From assembly GCF_963921235.1 (NCBI RefSeq), contig NC_086108.1, forward strand, positions 2,604,001 through 2,668,000: a DNA stretch of 64,000 nucleotides. Reading direction: 5' to 3'. Below, piece by piece: positions 61,600 through 64,000 of the stretch. Position 1 is the stretch's first letter, and every line of letters starts with the position of its first letter. The position numbers and the translations under genes are program-made. The notes below the pieces were generated by a model, which worked only from the letters and a program-made list of their open reading frames with translations, was not told the DNA's origin and did no database searches. Source of the DNA: Mobula hypostoma (lineage: Eukaryota).

Positions 61600-63510
61600 A
61601 CCATAAGACATGTGAACAGAATTAGGCCATTTGGCCCATTGAGTCTGCCCCGCTGACTTATTATTATCCCTCTCAACCCCACAGTCCTGCCTTCACCTCA
61701 CAATCTTTGACACCCTGGCTAACGAAGAATCTATCAAACTTTGCTTTAAATTTAAATACACTCAATTCCTTGTCTGTGGTGATAAATGCCACAGATTCAC
61801 CATCCTGGCTAAAAGAATTCCTCCTCATCTCCATTCTAAATGGATGTCCCTCTATTCTGAGGCTGAGCCCTCTGGTCATAGACTCCCCCACCATAGGAAC
61901 ATTAATCTACGTTTCACTCTGTCAAGGCCTTTCAATATGCAATAGGTTTCAATGAGAACAACCCCCCCAATTCTTCTAAACTCCAGTGAGTACAGGCCCA
62001 GAGCCATCAAATGCTCCGCATCCATTAATCCCTTCATTTCTGTAATAATTCTCATGAACCTCTACTGAGCTCTCCAATGCCAGTACATCTCTTCTTAGAA
62101 AAGTTGCCTAAAACTGCTCACAATACTCTAAGGGTGGTCTGACCAATGTCTTATAAAGCCTCAACATTACATCTTTGCTTTTATATTCTAGTCCACTTGA
62201 AATGCATGCTAACCTCACAATTACCTTCCCCACCACTGACTCAACCTGCAAGTTAACCTTTAGGGAATCCTGCACAAAGTTCCTTTGCACCTCTGATGTT
62301 TGAATTTTCTCCCCATTTAGAAAACTGTCCACTCCTTTATTCCTTCTAGTAAATTGCATGACCATATGCTTCCCTACACTGTATTCTTTCCCATTCTCCC
62401 AATCTGTCCAGGTCCTTCTGCAGACTCTCTGCTTCTTTAACACTACCTGCCCCTTCACCTATCTTCATATTAACTACAAACTTGGCCACAAAGTCATCAG
62501 TTCCTTCATTTAAATCATTGACCTATAACGTAGAAAGAAGTGGTCCCAACATGGCAGAACATCACTAGTCGGGGCAGCCAGCTGGAAAAGGCCCCTTCAT
62601 TCCCCCTCTTAGTTTCCTGCTAATCAGCTAATCTTCTATCCGTCTTAGTATATTTCCTGTAATACCATGGGCTCTTAACTTGTTAAGCAGCCTCATGTGC
62701 AGCATTTTGTCGAATGCCTTCTGAAAACCCACATAAACAACACACTGACTCGCCTTTCTCTATCCTGCCTGTTATTTCCTCAAATAATCCAGTAGATTTG
62801 TCAGGCAAGATTTCCCCTTAAGGAAACCATGCTGACTTTGGCCTATTTTATCATGTGCTCCAAGTACCCTGAAACCTCAGCCATGATTGCCTGATCCTGC
62901 CTTTAGAATACTTATTCACCTTTGGGATATTTCTGTCCTACGCCCTCCAAATTGACCCCTGAAGCTCCAGCCATTGCTATTCTACCGCCATCCCTGCTAG
63001 TATCCACTTTCAGTCAATTTTGGCCAGCTCCTCCCTCATACCTCTGTAATGCCCTTTCTCCACCATAATACTGATACATCTGACTTTAGCTTCTCCTCAA
63101 ATTGCAGTCGAATTCTATCATATTATGATCACTGCCTCCTAATGGTTCTTTTACCTTGAGCTTCCTAATTAATTATGCAATGCTCAATCCAGAATTGCCT
63201 TTCCCCAAGTGGGCTGGACCACAAGCTGCTCTAAAAAGCTACATCATAGGCATTCTACAACTTCCCTCTCTTGGGATCCAGCATCAATCTGATTTTCCCA
63301 GTTTACTTGCATATTGAAATTTCTGTCCATGATTATTGTAACATTGCCCTTTTGACAAGTCTTTTCTATCTCCCATTGTAATTTGTAGCCCTCATCCTTT
63401 CTACTGTTCAGAGGCCTGTATATAACTCCCATCAAGGTCTTTTTATCCTTGCAGTTTCTTTACTCTACTCAAAAGAATTCTACATCTTTCAATCCTACAT
63501 CTTTCAAAGT
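61600..63510 (-). mobile_element. Degraded CR1 ORF2 and 3' end
   Basis: ORFs 61673-61894, 62108-62458 (YKTLVRPPLEYC) and 63244-63435 (GVIYRP). Confidence 0.85.
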
Positions 63511-63733
63511 GGTCAAGCCCGTTTGGGGAAAGCCAGTTCTAGATTCCTCCAGCATTTGTGTTTGGGATATCCTGACAGTTGTAAAGATGAATTTAGTCTG
63601 GAAGTTTAGTATTGATAATAAGGAGCTGGAAGGGTTAACGTATGAGGAGTGTTTGGTGGCTCTGGTCCTGTACTCACTGTTTTAGAGGAATGTGGGGGAG
63701 CTCATTGAGAACTATCGAATGCTGAAAACCCTC

Positions 63734-64000
63734 AATAGAGTGGATGTGGAGAGGATGTTTCCTATAGTGGGGGAGTCTAGGACCAGAGGACACAGATAGA
63801 GTGGATGTGGAGAGGATGTTTCCTGTAGTGCGGGAGTCTAGGACCAGAGGACACAGATAGAGTGGATGTGGAGAGGATGTTTCCTATAGTGGGGGAGTCT
63901 AGGACCAGAGGACACAGACAGAGTGGATGTGGAGAGGATGTTTCCTGTAGTGCGGGAGTCTAGGACCAGAGGACACAGATGGAGTGGATGTGGAGAGGAT
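63734..64000 (+). repeat. 61-bp CR1-derived tandem array, at least 4 copies, runs off the window end
   Basis: Same unit and junction as 52246-52856. Confidence 0.95.

Overview
This is eukaryotic, repeat-dominated vertebrate DNA. The mix of CR1, Rex1/Babar, Penelope, HE1/V-type SINE and Tc1 elements suggests a cartilaginous fish, probably a ray (inference). The only host gene I can support is an ITPK1-like inositol-tetrakisphosphate 1-kinase on the + strand. It appears as four internal coding exons with canonical AG/GT borders and continuous frame: 16820-16844 (25-nt microexon), 47301-47426, 56545-56662 and 59674-59772. The ORF track does not call these as ITPK1 exons. The start-codon exon and downstream exons were not found here, so most or all of the window is probably intron of this gene. 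The peptide seems unusually divergent from mammalian ITPK1 and may be an ancient paralogue. The introns hold nested transposable elements: CR1 LINEs (one near full length with zinc-finger/esterase ORF1), Rex1/Babar, Rex6/Dong-like, Tx1-like, RTE-derived and Penelope-like elements, SINEs, and Tc1/hAT MITEs. They also hold several LINE-derived minisatellites and a 2.4-kb G-rich array. The most notable structure is a 1.25-kb Penelope palindrome next to the microexon. It carries an intact antisense hammerhead ribozyme and a core-mutated sense copy, and further inverted repeat pairs surround the same exon. I found no prokaryote-type or clearly new multi-gene system. TE boundaries were read by eye and are approximate.
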